Virus record (IMG/VR): IMGVR_UViG_3300014205_000182
Coordinates: 79,725-143,724 of that record
Strand: one strand, 5' to 3'
Source of the DNA: a virus
Taxonomy: Duplodnaviria; Caudoviricetes
Length of the DNA stretch: 64,000 bases
Positions 27,641-37,656 of the stretch are shown here, piece by piece. Numbering within the stretch: the stretch's first letter is position 1; each line of letters starts with the position of its first letter. The notes beneath the pieces were generated by a model. It did no database searches, was not told the DNA's origin, and was given only the letters and a program-made list of their open reading frames with translations. A program made the translations under genes and the position numbers.

Positions 27641-29281
27641 ATGGCAAACATTCTGAATCCAAAGTCTCCGAAGAAGATCGACCAAGTCGAAACCCACAAG
27701 AACTGGATGGGTGGAACTTCGTTCGACATCAACGATCCAATCATGCGGCTGCGCATCGCAGCTAGCTCGTGCTTCTTTGGCGAGCCACAGTACTACTCGA
27801 CGGACCCTGACGACAAGCGCAAGGCGCGTCAGGCATCTATGCCTGCTAACTTCGGGAAGCCGACGACACTGCCGGCAGCGCAGCTTACCAAGCTTCGTCA
27901 GACGCTGACGGCCATCGATCCTCAGGAGTGGCGGTCGATGACGCCGGCTCAGGCGATGGTCTCTGCTATCGACGCAGCCCTAGACCACGACCCTGAGGCA
28001 ACGCTCGGCATTGCAGCAGCGCTTCGCCAGGCTGATCACATCCGTACGACGCCCCAGGTTATCCTGGTTCGTGCAGCACACCACCCCAAGGTTCGTGGTA
28101 CTGGCATGCTCAAGAAGTATGCTCAGGAGATCATGGCACGTGCAGACGAGCCGGCCGTCGGTCTCGCATACCACATCTTTGCCTACGGCAAGGAGAAGCC
28201 AATCCCGAACGCCCTGAAGAAGGTGTGGGCACAGCGCCTCGCACGTGCTTCGGAGTACGACCTCGCCAAGTATCGCCTGGCTGACCACTCGGTCAAGACG
28301 GTCGACGTCGTCAACCTCGTTCACGCCAAGTCTCCAGCAATCGGAAAGCTCATGAAGGGTGAACTTACGACCGAGGGCGAGACGTGGGAGTCCATCATCT
28401 CGCAAGGCGGATCTACCAAGGAAAACTGGGAGAAGGCCATCGACAAGATGGGCCACATGGCCCTACTGCGAAACCTGCGTAACTTCAACGACAAGGGTGT
28501 TAACCCGTCGCTGTACACTGGCAAGCTCGTTGGTGGCGCAGCGACCGGTAAGCAGCTTCCGTTCCGCTATTACTCGGCGTACAAGGCTGTCGCCGGTTCT
28601 TCGGCACCGGTGATGGACGCTATCGAGCAGTGTCTGGAGATTTCGCTGGGTAACCTGCCGAAGTTCCCGGGCCGTACGATGGCGCTTGCCGACAACTCGG
28701 GCTCGGCTCGTGGTGCAACCACGTCCACGATGGGAACGATGCAGGTTTCGACGATTGCTAACTTGACGGCTATCGTGGCCGGCAAGGTGTCGGACGACGG
28801 CTACATCGGTGTCTTCGGTGACACGTTGAACGTCGTGCCGGTGCGCAAGAGGTCGTCGGTGTTCGATCAGTTGAAGGCTGCCGACGAAGCTGGTGCAGCA
28901 GTCGGCGGTTCTACCGAGAACGGTATCTGGCTGTTCTGGGAGAAGGCTATCCGCGAGAAGGAGCATTGGGACAACGTGTTCGTGATGTCTGATATGCAGG
29001 CAGGTCACGGCGGGCTCTATGGTACGCGTGCGTCGATGGCGTCGTACTCTCGTGAGTACGGTTGGCCGGCAGCTAACTCGCCGCACATCGACGTCGCCAA
29101 GCTCGTCAACACGTATCGCGCCAAGGTCAACCCGAAGGTCAACGTGTTTCTAATCCAGGTCGCCGGTTACCAGGACACCCTGATGCCGGAGTTCTACAAC
29201 CGTACGTATATCCTCGGCGGATGGGGTGAAGGCGTTCTTCGCTTTGCTGCCGCGATGGCTAATATCGGAGAGGTTAAGTGA
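27641..29281 (+). CDS. rsr: Ro60/TROVE domain RNA-binding protein
   Basis: N..GG.SF, FGEPQYY, RADEP, EYDLAKY, DVVNLVHAK, TWE, MALLRNLRN, QLPFRYYSAY, vWA DNSGS/SDMQ, GWGE; upstream in-frame ATG at 27533 also possible. Confidence 0.93.
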   Translation: MANILNPKSPKKIDQVETHKNWMGGTSFDINDPIMRLRIAASSCFFGEPQYYSTDPDDKRKARQASMPANFGKPTTLPAAQLTKLRQTLTAIDPQEWRSMTPAQAMVSAIDAALDHDPEATLGIAAALRQADHIRTTPQVILVRAAHHPKVRGTGMLKKYAQEIMARADEPAVGLAYHIFAYGKEKPIPNALKKVWAQRLARASEYDLAKYRLADHSVKTVDVVNLVHAKSPAIGKLMKGELTTEGETWESIISQGGSTKENWEKAIDKMGHMALLRNLRNFNDKGVNPSLYTGKLVGGAATGKQLPFRYYSAYKAVAGSSAPVMDAIEQCLEISLGNLPKFPGRTMALADNSGSARGATTSTMGTMQVSTIANLTAIVAGKVSDDGYIGVFGDTLNVVPVRKRSSVFDQLKAADEAGAAVGGSTENGIWLFWEKAIREKEHWDNVFVMSDMQAGHGGLYGTRASMASYSREYGWPAANSPHIDVAKLVNTYRAKVNPKVNVFLIQVAGYQDTLMPEFYNRTYILGGWGEGVLRFAAAMANIGEVK

Positions 29282-30087
29282 AGCGTCGCGATCTCAACCC
29301 AGGCGACGTGTTCGTTTATCTGGAGGTACACGACCAGCCCGTGCATAGAAAGCCTGTGCTTGGCGAGCTTCGTTACGTTTACCAAGGTAGCACCCCGCCC
29401 TGGATCCCTGGTGTGCAGGCGAGCGGTGGCCCTAATGACATGGGCGGGGTATCGTGGTTGACCAAAGAGACTCTAGATCTACCAGTCCTATTGATTCAGA
29501 AACCAGGAACTTAAGGAGCATTATGCAGAAGTTTACAACTAACAGCGACAATATCGTCAAGGCTCATTATGAGCGCTGCAACAGCAGCAACAACCGAGAG
29601 GTTCTGGCTCTTGCCAAGGAGATCTTTCTGCCCGAGGATAACCCTGTCAAGTCTCAGCGCGACGTAGATGCTCGCCTCGGCGACTTCGTCGCAGGAGTCG
29701 AGAAGCTCGGTTGGGAAGTTATTAGTAAGCCGGTACTGAAGTTTGCTGATCTCTTCGAATCAGCTAAATTCCAGTTTCAACGCAAACTCCCGTGAGCGAA
29801 TGCTGGGTCTGTCAGGGCCGTACACTTCCTGACTATGACGATCTCCCAGGACACTGGCCTCCGGAGCCGGAGTACGATTGCGATTGCGACTTTGAACTAC
29901 CTTACGAGGTGAATAAAATGCGCGGGAAAGAAGCACGTGAGCGTCTTGAACGTCGTGAGTTAGACCGCACCAAGTGTGGCAAGGGCGACTGTAATCTAAC
30001 CCCAGACCACGCTGGATCTCACCGGGGTGCTTGCGGGTGCGACACCGGTTGTGCTGCCGTGAATTGCCCTAATGCGCCGAGGTTTGG

Positions 30088-30402
30088 ATGAAGAACATGG
30101 TAGTCAATGCCTTGCCGCGTGAGCGGAACTACACAATCTGGGAAGCAAGTAAGCTTGGCACCGAGGGTACCAAGCGCTATTTGTGTTTCAGGACGTTCAA
30201 CAACGCGGATCGCGATACCGTGACCGCAATCCAGAACTCCATGTTCATGTACGGATTCTTCAAGGGTGACGAGCAGGACTACGGGATGGCCTGTTGGTAC
30301 GCCGTATTGACGGACGAATCGCGTGAGTTTGCTGAGCTTACGCTGGCAGGCGCTACGTATACGAAGCCTGGTGACAAGGTGTTCAACGGAGGCAAGGAGT
30401 GA
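30088..30402 (+). CDS. hypothetical protein
   Basis: coupled ORF within small-gene run 29278-31262. Confidence 0.5.
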   Translation: MKNMVVNALPRERNYTIWEASKLGTEGTKRYLCFRTFNNADRDTVTAIQNSMFMYGFFKGDEQDYGMACWYAVLTDESREFAELTLAGATYTKPGDKVFNGGKE

Positions 30403-31248
30403 GCCTTGAAGGCGTCGTACACAAACAACACTACTGTTCCGGTTGTAAGCGTATGTTACCACTGGCACCAGGCACTAGCGGATACGAGTACGGTACCATC
30501 GGTGTGGCACACGTCGTAAATGAGCCGATGTGTTTTGGAGTGCCTTGTTGGTTAGTAAAAAGCTACAGTAGAGCCGAACAACGGCGTAACTTAGAGGAGA
30601 TGGTTGTATGAGGCATAGTGGACGTTTCGATTGGCAGCTGGCCGGGATCATTGGGGTGATCACCGGCATAGTTGCGTTAAGTGGGCTAGGTATCTGGAAA
30701 TACGCAGAGCATCGCGCCAAGTGTACAGATAACGGCGGTCACTGGGAGACCTACGACTGTCATACCGAACATTACACGCAATGTCACCACAACGGCAGCG
30801 GCGAGGTTACGATTTGTCTGCCAGCTACACGTCGTGTGTGTAGTGAGCGTTGTGTTGGCGTGCGTGCCGAGAAGGTGTGTGAAGGAACCACCTGTTCCCC
30901 GATCAACGTCGAGTCTCACGTCGGACCGGTGCTAGTCCCGGAGTCTGTGAAGCCCTGATCTGGTTTACTGAGGTATGACACCTTCAGTTCCTTTAGTAGC
31001 TCACTATAAGCGTGGCGAAGTACGCGAAATCAGCCTTCGTGTGATCGCTATCTCTCCTCAGAACGTAATGCTTGTCCTCTGGGAGAATAAGCTCGTTCCT
31101 GTACATCAGCCTCCAATGGGCCTACAACTAGATCGGGTAGAGATTTTAGTTGAACCGCCTGCTACCTCAGTAGTGAACGTTAGCGTTCAGCCAGAGCCCA
31201 AGAAGCCAGGCCGACCGAAGAAGGTTGAATCCGACCCTGAGAAGCCGG

Positions 31249-31725
31249 ATGAGACTGTATAAGTCTGGCAGTCGCTACCTGGAGTTCGGCGATATTCGAT
31301 TACCAGAACACTTTTGGTCGAAGTGTATTCCAGAGCCTAATAGTGGCTGCTGGTTATGGATTGCGTCCAAAACTACCAACGGGTACGGTAAATTCTCAAT
31401 AGCTCGCAGGCTACATCCAGCACATCGTGTCGCTTGGGAAGCACTGAACGGGGAAGTACCGTGCGGGCTGGAGATGGATCATCGTTGTCGTACCAGGTGT
31501 TGTGTTAACCCCGCGCACCTCGAAGCGGTGAAACACAAAACTAATGTCCGTCGCGGCACTGCCGGGGATGCACAGGCTGCTAGAAGTCACTGTCCTTCTG
31601 GTCATCCTTATGACGCCACTAATACCAGTATTCACCTGCGACGTGGTATGATGACTTACCGAAGATGCCGGCAGTGTGATCGTAAGCACTGGCGGGAGTA
31701 TAAACGGAGGATTCGTGCAAAATAA
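31249..31725 (+). CDS. HNH homing endonuclease
   Basis: SGCWLW, GYG, AHRVAW, DHRC....CVNPAHL....N, HCP.GH.Y. Confidence 0.9.
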   Translation: MRLYKSGSRYLEFGDIRLPEHFWSKCIPEPNSGCWLWIASKTTNGYGKFSIARRLHPAHRVAWEALNGEVPCGLEMDHRCRTRCCVNPAHLEAVKHKTNVRRGTAGDAQAARSHCPSGHPYDATNTSIHLRRGMMTYRRCRQCDRKHWREYKRRIRAK

Positions 31726-32155
31726 GAAAAGGCTATACAAAAGCGGTTCAAAATTTGCGCTGTGGCGTTGGACCCAGACAGACACCGGCTACATCACGCG
31801 TTTTCACTTACTGAAGACGCCATGGTTTGCCATCTGTCTTCACTGGCTCAATCACCCAGACCCGGAACCATATGACCACGACCATCCGGTTACGTTCCTC
31901 AGCCTTATCTTGCGAGGTTGGTACCGTGAACAGCGAACGGTAACGCTGACGACGACACACACTGTTAAACATCGTTGGTACAACTTCATTCGCGCGACAC
32001 CGACGTTTGCACATACTATTGTGGAGGTTGCCCCTAAGACTCTGACGCTTGCTATCATGGGACCTAAGACCAGAGAATGGGGTTACCACCTGCCTGGTGG
32101 CTGGATGCATTGGAAAACTTATACTGACCTGAAACGACGAGGCATCCAACCGTGA
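31715..32155 (+). CDS. cupin-fold hypothetical protein
   Basis: HDHP..F.S.IL.G.Y.E, H, WGY; GGAGG before GTG 31715; paralog of 35774. Confidence 0.65.
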   Translation: MQNKKRLYKSGSKFALWRWTQTDTGYITRFHLLKTPWFAICLHWLNHPDPEPYDHDHPVTFLSLILRGWYREQRTVTLTTTHTVKHRWYNFIRATPTFAHTIVEVAPKTLTLAIMGPKTREWGYHLPGGWMHWKTYTDLKRRGIQP

Positions 32156-32685
32156 CCAAGAACGCCAAGCACAGCAAAGAAACGAACCGCTGGGGGACCC
32201 CTAACGGTTCTGCTCAGGACGGTGAAGACATCGTGGATCGTTGTCGTCGAGTCATGGGTTCGATCGACTTAGACCCGTGCTCTGAAGCTCGTTTCAATGC
32301 TGTCGTAAAGGCGACCACCTACTACTCGTTTTTGGAACGAGGTGAAGATGGTCTACTTCTGCCTTGGTACGGCAATGTCATGTGTAACCACCCGGGTGGA
32401 CTGACGAAACAGTTCTGGCGCAAGGCAATCAACTCCGACGCTAAACAGATTATGTGGATCGGGTTCTCGAATGAACAGCTTGGAATACTAGCCGACGAAG
32501 CGGCACATCCGTCGGATTTCTCCATATGTTATCACCGGAAGCGAATTCCTTTTACACGCCATGACGGTTATGAGGGTGCCCCGGCTCATGCAAACTACAT
32601 CTGTGGTATTAACGTCGATCACGACGCTTTCATTCGAGAATTCGGAGATCTGGGGAAGATTCAGAAGGGACCACTGTGCCGGTGA
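32152..32685 (+). CDS. phage DNA N6-adenine methyltransferase-like protein
   Basis: W.TP, IDLDPCS, DGL..PW.G, NHPG in place of NPPY, KRI.F. Confidence 0.7.
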   Translation: MTKNAKHSKETNRWGTPNGSAQDGEDIVDRCRRVMGSIDLDPCSEARFNAVVKATTYYSFLERGEDGLLLPWYGNVMCNHPGGLTKQFWRKAINSDAKQIMWIGFSNEQLGILADEAAHPSDFSICYHRKRIPFTRHDGYEGAPAHANYICGINVDHDAFIREFGDLGKIQKGPLCR

Positions 32686-32942
32686 CCAAGAAATACGATC
32701 CTAACGACATCGCCATCACATTCAACGGGATCCTGATCACAGGTCACGCTGACGGAACGTTTATTGAGGTTGAAGCAGAAGACGGGTTTGTAAAGCACGT
32801 CGGGTCGTCAGGTGACGTGTGTATAGTCAATAAAAACAAAGACAAGGATAAGTGGAATGGTGCCTGCGAGACATGTGGCAAGGGGACCTACACCGGAATG
32901 AATAATGTAGAGCACGAAGGAGGCAAGTGTGACCGCTCGTGA
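32682..32942 (+). CDS. truncated tail-tube paralog with Cys-rich tail
   Basis: 22/44 identical residues to N-term of 57315..57743 by manual alignment. Confidence 0.65.
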   Translation: MTKKYDPNDIAITFNGILITGHADGTFIEVEAEDGFVKHVGSSGDVCIVNKNKDKDKWNGACETCGKGTYTGMNNVEHEGGKCDRS

Positions 32943-33150
32943 TTTTGTATATTGGCTTCAAGGGTTTGCAGAGATTTCTGGTAAGCAGCCGACTGCTGCT
33001 CAGTGGGCGACGATTCGAAACCACATCAATCTCGTATTCAAGCACGAGATCGACCCATCAATGCCTGATCCGGACGGTAAGCTTCAGGAGGCACATGACG
33101 GTGACGTCCCTCTAGGAACCCCTCCGTGGGGTCCGATGTTGAGGTGTTAA
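32929..33150 (+). CDS. small phage hypothetical protein
   Basis: F.YWLQGF.E..QW..I..H..LVF pattern. Confidence 0.6.
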   Translation: MTARDFVYWLQGFAEISGKQPTAAQWATIRNHINLVFKHEIDPSMPDPDGKLQEAHDGDVPLGTPPWGPMLRC

Positions 33151-33278
33151 TGAAGAGAGTGGAATGGACCTGGTGGACCCTACTGCTCCAAGTGATTTTC
33201 ATTTGGGCTCTGGTGTTGCTGTACGTTTTTGTTATTAGCTAGTGCGCGCCCAAGCCCGGTGTGTTAGAAAGGTACCAG

Positions 33279-34454
33279 ATGAGCGAAGAAGACAATGACG
33301 CTGGTCGCCCACTACCCAAGCGTAAAGAGAGCAAAGTCAGGAAGCTGATTGCTTACTTGAAGTTGGCCTCCGACGTCGGTGGAATCGTGATGGACCTTCG
33401 CGACAAGCCGTCCCGCATGGACTGGTTCTCGCTGGGTATGCGTGCCGCTAACACCGGGATCGGCTGGTATTCGGATCGCAAGAAAACCAGACTACACGGA
33501 ACCACGTGGGAGTACTTCAACGAAGACGACCGTTGGGCACTGTTTCCCAATGAGTACAGCAAGATCGTCCTCGCTAACGCTGTGGATCTCCAGGTCGCCG
33601 ACGAATTCATTGATGCCGACGTCAAGGCTCCGTATGCTTGCATCGGACGTCTAGGATCCGAGACCGTTGGATGGTCCGTCGAAGCCGGTCAGATGTCTGA
33701 CGGCCCGTATTATCTCGATAAGCGCGAGAACGAGACCTACGCCGAACTCGGTCGAATGCTCTGGCGAACCCTTGGCGGTAAGCAGCTGCTCTACTCGACC
33801 AACGGTCTGGTGCTCGATGCATACCACGATACTGGTGTTATCCCGACGGCGCAGATGACGTCGATTCTGGATCGCATGACTAAGTTCTTGGCTGCCAAGG
33901 AGCCTCGTGGCTACCTGTTTAGCGGGGTGCCTGGTACTGGTAAGTCGATTACTATTCGCTGGCTCGCCGGTGTCCTGGGACTGTCGTCCGTACGCGTCGA
34001 CCTGAGGCTGCTCAGCAGCGAATCCGAACGCCGTGGCTCTTCGGTCGCCATGGGTCTGGAAACGATGCTGCGAGCCCTCAAGCCGGATGTGATGATTCTG
34101 GACGACCTCGACCGCATCGAAGTCGACGCCCAAGTCCTGGCATTCCTGGAAATGGCGCGGCAGTCCTGCCGAATTGTGATGGCTTCGGCCAACTCCGTCT
34201 CAGCACTCTCGGGCGCTGCGATTCGTCCGGGTAGATTTGACGACATCATCGAGTTTGAGCAGCTGGACCGCAACGTCGTGGTTAGCATTCTCGGACCTGA
34301 GTTTGCCGATCTTGCCGACGAGGTACTCGAATTGCCGGCAGCGTATGTGGCTGAATTTGCACGTCGTTGCCGCGTACTTGGTAGGGAGCAGGCTATTCTG
34401 GACCTGGTTGAGTTGCGTGAGCGAGCCGAGGAAACCTCCGAGGACGCTGACTGA
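33279..34454 (+). CDS. AAA+ ATPase
   Basis: GVPGTGKS, MILDDLD, SAN, RPGRFD. Confidence 0.9.
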   Translation: MSEEDNDAGRPLPKRKESKVRKLIAYLKLASDVGGIVMDLRDKPSRMDWFSLGMRAANTGIGWYSDRKKTRLHGTTWEYFNEDDRWALFPNEYSKIVLANAVDLQVADEFIDADVKAPYACIGRLGSETVGWSVEAGQMSDGPYYLDKRENETYAELGRMLWRTLGGKQLLYSTNGLVLDAYHDTGVIPTAQMTSILDRMTKFLAAKEPRGYLFSGVPGTGKSITIRWLAGVLGLSSVRVDLRLLSSESERRGSSVAMGLETMLRALKPDVMILDDLDRIEVDAQVLAFLEMARQSCRIVMASANSVSALSGAAIRPGRFDDIIEFEQLDRNVVVSILGPEFADLADEVLELPAAYVAEFARRCRVLGREQAILDLVELRERAEETSEDAD

Positions 34455-34506
34455 TTTAAACATTAGAAAACGGGAGTTTTCACTGGTCGGTCGTAGTTAA
34501 CAGAGC

Positions 34507-34734
34507 ATGTCAGACCGCCCAGAAGCTATCCTGAAGTTCTTTTCGTACGACCATCTACCGGAAAAGTTGCAAGCGTCTAGCAAGATTTTTGCAGACGCGG
34601 CTGCCGAGATGCTCGTACGATGTCCAACCGCTAGCGCAGAGCGCACGTTCGCGCTGCGTCAGCTGCTACTTACCAAGGACGCATATGTCCGAGCGTGCAT
34701 CGAGCACGCTATCGCAACCGGAGAAGCAAAGTGA
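34507..34734 (+). CDS. small helical-hairpin protein (possibly Acb2/Tad1-like)
   Basis: FFSYDHLP..LQ..S..F...A......P...ER..ALR.LL..KD..VRA. Confidence 0.5.
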   Translation: MSDRPEAILKFFSYDHLPEKLQASSKIFADAAAEMLVRCPTASAERTFALRQLLLTKDAYVRACIEHAIATGEAK

Positions 34735-35773
34735 GTAAATCCAAGCTTCCTGTTCCGGTGACTAAGGTCGCGCTGCTGCCGAGCTTTGGCTACGGCCCTG
34801 GCGTGCCTCGAATCACCAAGCACACCTATTCGCGGACGATGGAATGTATTCTGCCCAGCCCGGATGGGGATGCGTATGAGTTCCTGTTCGTTTGTTCCGA
34901 GACTGGCGTAGAACGCCGTTGGGGTACGTGGGAGCCTGACGAGGAGATTACGTCGTGAAGCCAGGAGATTACTCACTCGACCTGTTCGTAAGCTACACGT
35001 CGGGCCATCTGAAAGGCTGGCTGGACTCTGGTGGTGATCCAATTAGGTGGATGGAATACAAGAAGATGAGCCTTGAGGAAGTCAACGCTATGTCAGCCCG
35101 ACTGGTGGAGATGACCAAGCGAGTCGACACGTTCAACGGCGGCGGGCTTGACGTGGCCAGCGCTTGGGTTGTGGTCTGGGATCACAAGGCACGAGCACTC
35201 GGTACGATGCTTCTATCGGATGCTCTGGGAGCAAACGCCGAAGCAGTAGCAGATGACGAGCCGTCGCAGTCGACCATCCTTTCAGTCTGGGAGAGCCAAG
35301 ATAAGGCTAACTCGGCAATTGAATCCCTGGAGCCCATGTTCTTGAGGAAGATGACATGAGAGAGCCTATGAGAGAGCGCCTGTGGAAGAACTACATGGCG
35401 CTCAAGAAGTTTGTCTGGAACGGCTATCATGCGCCAGAGCAATGTCCGGATGTACGTAGCGACTCTGTCATTGCTTTGATGCAGATCGTTGAGGGCCTAG
35501 AAGCTCGCATCGATGAGCAAGATCGAATCATCGCGGAGCTTATGAAGTGAGCCGCTGCTACGGTTGTTGCCAGGAGAATTGCGGCTATACAGGCTGCACG
35601 TGTGGTTGTCACAGCACATCGTATCAGAAGCTGTACAACCCAACGAACATCATGGCACCTAAGACACACTATCTGGATAAGTGCCCCTGCAAGAAGCATA
35701 AGAGATATCAGGCAAAACGAAAGCCTACTTCAGGTTGTGAAGAGTGTTGGCGATTCTATGTGAAGGTGAATCC

Positions 35774-36163
35774 ATGAAGTTCCTACGCAAAGCAAAAGAC
35801 GGCGGACCTAAGTCCACAGTGACTGGTTACTGGCTCGCTGAAATCAAAAGCCTGTTCAGCATCGTGCTACTCAAATTCGAAGACGGGTCTCGTGACGAGT
35901 ATCATAGCCATGCCTTCAATTCTGTCAATTGGATTTTGAAGGGTAGGGTGACTGAACAAGTCATCAGCCCTACCATGGAGACCAAGCACCTCTCGGCTAG
36001 TGCTCGCCCCGTGCTTACGCCACGCGAGCGCACGCACCGAGTCGTCAGCGAAGGTACGACGTGGGTACTGTCGTTCCGTGGGCCGTGGGCTAAGACGTGG
36101 CAGGAGTACAACCCTCGCACGTGGAAGTGGACAACGCTAGGTCACGGTCGGGTGGAGCAATGA
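35774..36163 (+). CDS. cupin-fold hypothetical protein
   Basis: YHSHAFN..WILKG...E, HRV, FRGP. Confidence 0.6.
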   Translation: MKFLRKAKDGGPKSTVTGYWLAEIKSLFSIVLLKFEDGSRDEYHSHAFNSVNWILKGRVTEQVISPTMETKHLSASARPVLTPRERTHRVVSEGTTWVLSFRGPWAKTWQEYNPRTWKWTTLGHGRVEQ

Positions 36164-36594
36164 GCCACCCGGCAGGTTTCTGGCAGAACTGGTTCATTGG
36201 GCTGGCCAAGCACGTCGCTACGGCTTCCAAGGATCCGAGCACCAAAGTTGGTGCCGTGATTGCCGATGACCAGCGACGCATCTGTGGGGTTGGTTACAAC
36301 GGGTTCCCACGTAAAGTGAACGACCATCCAGATCGTCTAGATGATCGTCCAACCAAGTACAAGTTCACGGTACACGCCGAAGTCAACGCGATCCTAAATT
36401 CTAAAGGTTCGACCGACGGTGCTGTTATGTACTGCACGTTACATCCGTGTTCCGCCTGCGCTCTACTCATTGTTCAGGCAGGTATCACTAAAGTCGTGTC
36501 GCCACCGCAGACGATTGATCGTTGGGTGGAGGACGCAAAGATTGCAGCAGAGATTCTAGAGGAGGGCGGCGTAAAGCTGCTTCTGGTGAAGTAA
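36160..36594 (+). CDS. dCMP deaminase
   Basis: SKDPSTKVGA, GYNGFP, HAEVNA, PCSAC. Confidence 0.93.
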   Translation: MSHPAGFWQNWFIGLAKHVATASKDPSTKVGAVIADDQRRICGVGYNGFPRKVNDHPDRLDDRPTKYKFTVHAEVNAILNSKGSTDGAVMYCTLHPCSACALLIVQAGITKVVSPPQTIDRWVEDAKIAAEILEEGGVKLLLVK

Positions 36595-36753
36595 TGAACT
36601 ACAAAACTATGAAGGAACTACTCAAAGTCCTGGACACCCCGGACCACCCATACCTGCCAATTATGATCGACGCGGTTCGTGGTTTCGGTGTCGACGCCAC
36701 CGACGAGGCGATTCTGGATGAGTACAAGATTTTACTCAAGGAGAAGATGAAGC

Positions 36754-37446
36754 GTGATTGAGTTACCCATCGAAAAGAAGGTCTTAGACCTCGGATACGT
36801 CGCGCTCACATCGGTAATGGGCGACGACCGCACGCCGGCTCGTACGGCCCGCACCTCCTTCAGAAACGCTGACAAGGAACGCAGCGAGGAGCAGGACGCC
36901 AAGCTGACGAAGTACCTGATCAACCACGCACATAACACACCGATCGAGTTCTGTCAGGTCCGATTCTACATGAAGCTGCCAATCTTTGTGGCTCGCCAGC
37001 TGGTGCGACACCGTACCGTCAGCATCAACGAAGTTTCGTACCGCTACGTTACGGCAGCCAGAGAGTTCTACATTCCCGAGCTAGACCGTATGCAGAAGAA
37101 GGCCGAGTCGAACAAACAAGGCTCGTCGTCGGAACTAGTGAAGAACCCAGGACAGTGTGAGGCGTTGATGCGCCACGCCTGCGACGCATCGTTTAACGCG
37201 TATGACGCGTTGCTAAACGAAGGGCTCGCACCTGAGCTAGCTCGTGCCGTGTTGCCGGCGAACACCTACACAGAGTGGTACTGGCAGCAGAACCTTCACA
37301 ATTTCCTCCATATGGCCGGGCTAAGGACCGATCCACACGCTCAATTCGAAACACAGCAGTACGCCTTTGCCATGCTAGACATGGTCGAACAAGTGTTCCC
37401 GTCGATTGTTGGAGCCTGGAAAGAGAAACGCAATGGCAACAGCTAA
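36754..37446 (+). CDS. thyX: FAD-dependent thymidylate synthase
   Basis: RQLVRHRT..NEVSYRY, ARAVLP, LR...HAQFE. Confidence 0.95.
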   Translation: MIELPIEKKVLDLGYVALTSVMGDDRTPARTARTSFRNADKERSEEQDAKLTKYLINHAHNTPIEFCQVRFYMKLPIFVARQLVRHRTVSINEVSYRYVTAAREFYIPELDRMQKKAESNKQGSSSELVKNPGQCEALMRHACDASFNAYDALLNEGLAPELARAVLPANTYTEWYWQQNLHNFLHMAGLRTDPHAQFETQQYAFAMLDMVEQVFPSIVGAWKEKRNGNS

Positions 37447-37656
37447 AGAATCAACCAGTCGTCTATTCATGCTCGTGCGTGCGGAAGACGTTTCCGGGAC
37501 CTCGGGTCTGGGAGTCGTAGCCGAGGGTGTCGAGTTTTCTGAAGGCACCTGTGTTTTGCACTGGCTAAGCCAGATGCACTCGATTGAAATCTGCGCAAAT
37601 CTACATGTTGTAGAGCAGATTCATGGGCACGAGGGTCGCACGAAGGTAGTTTTCAA

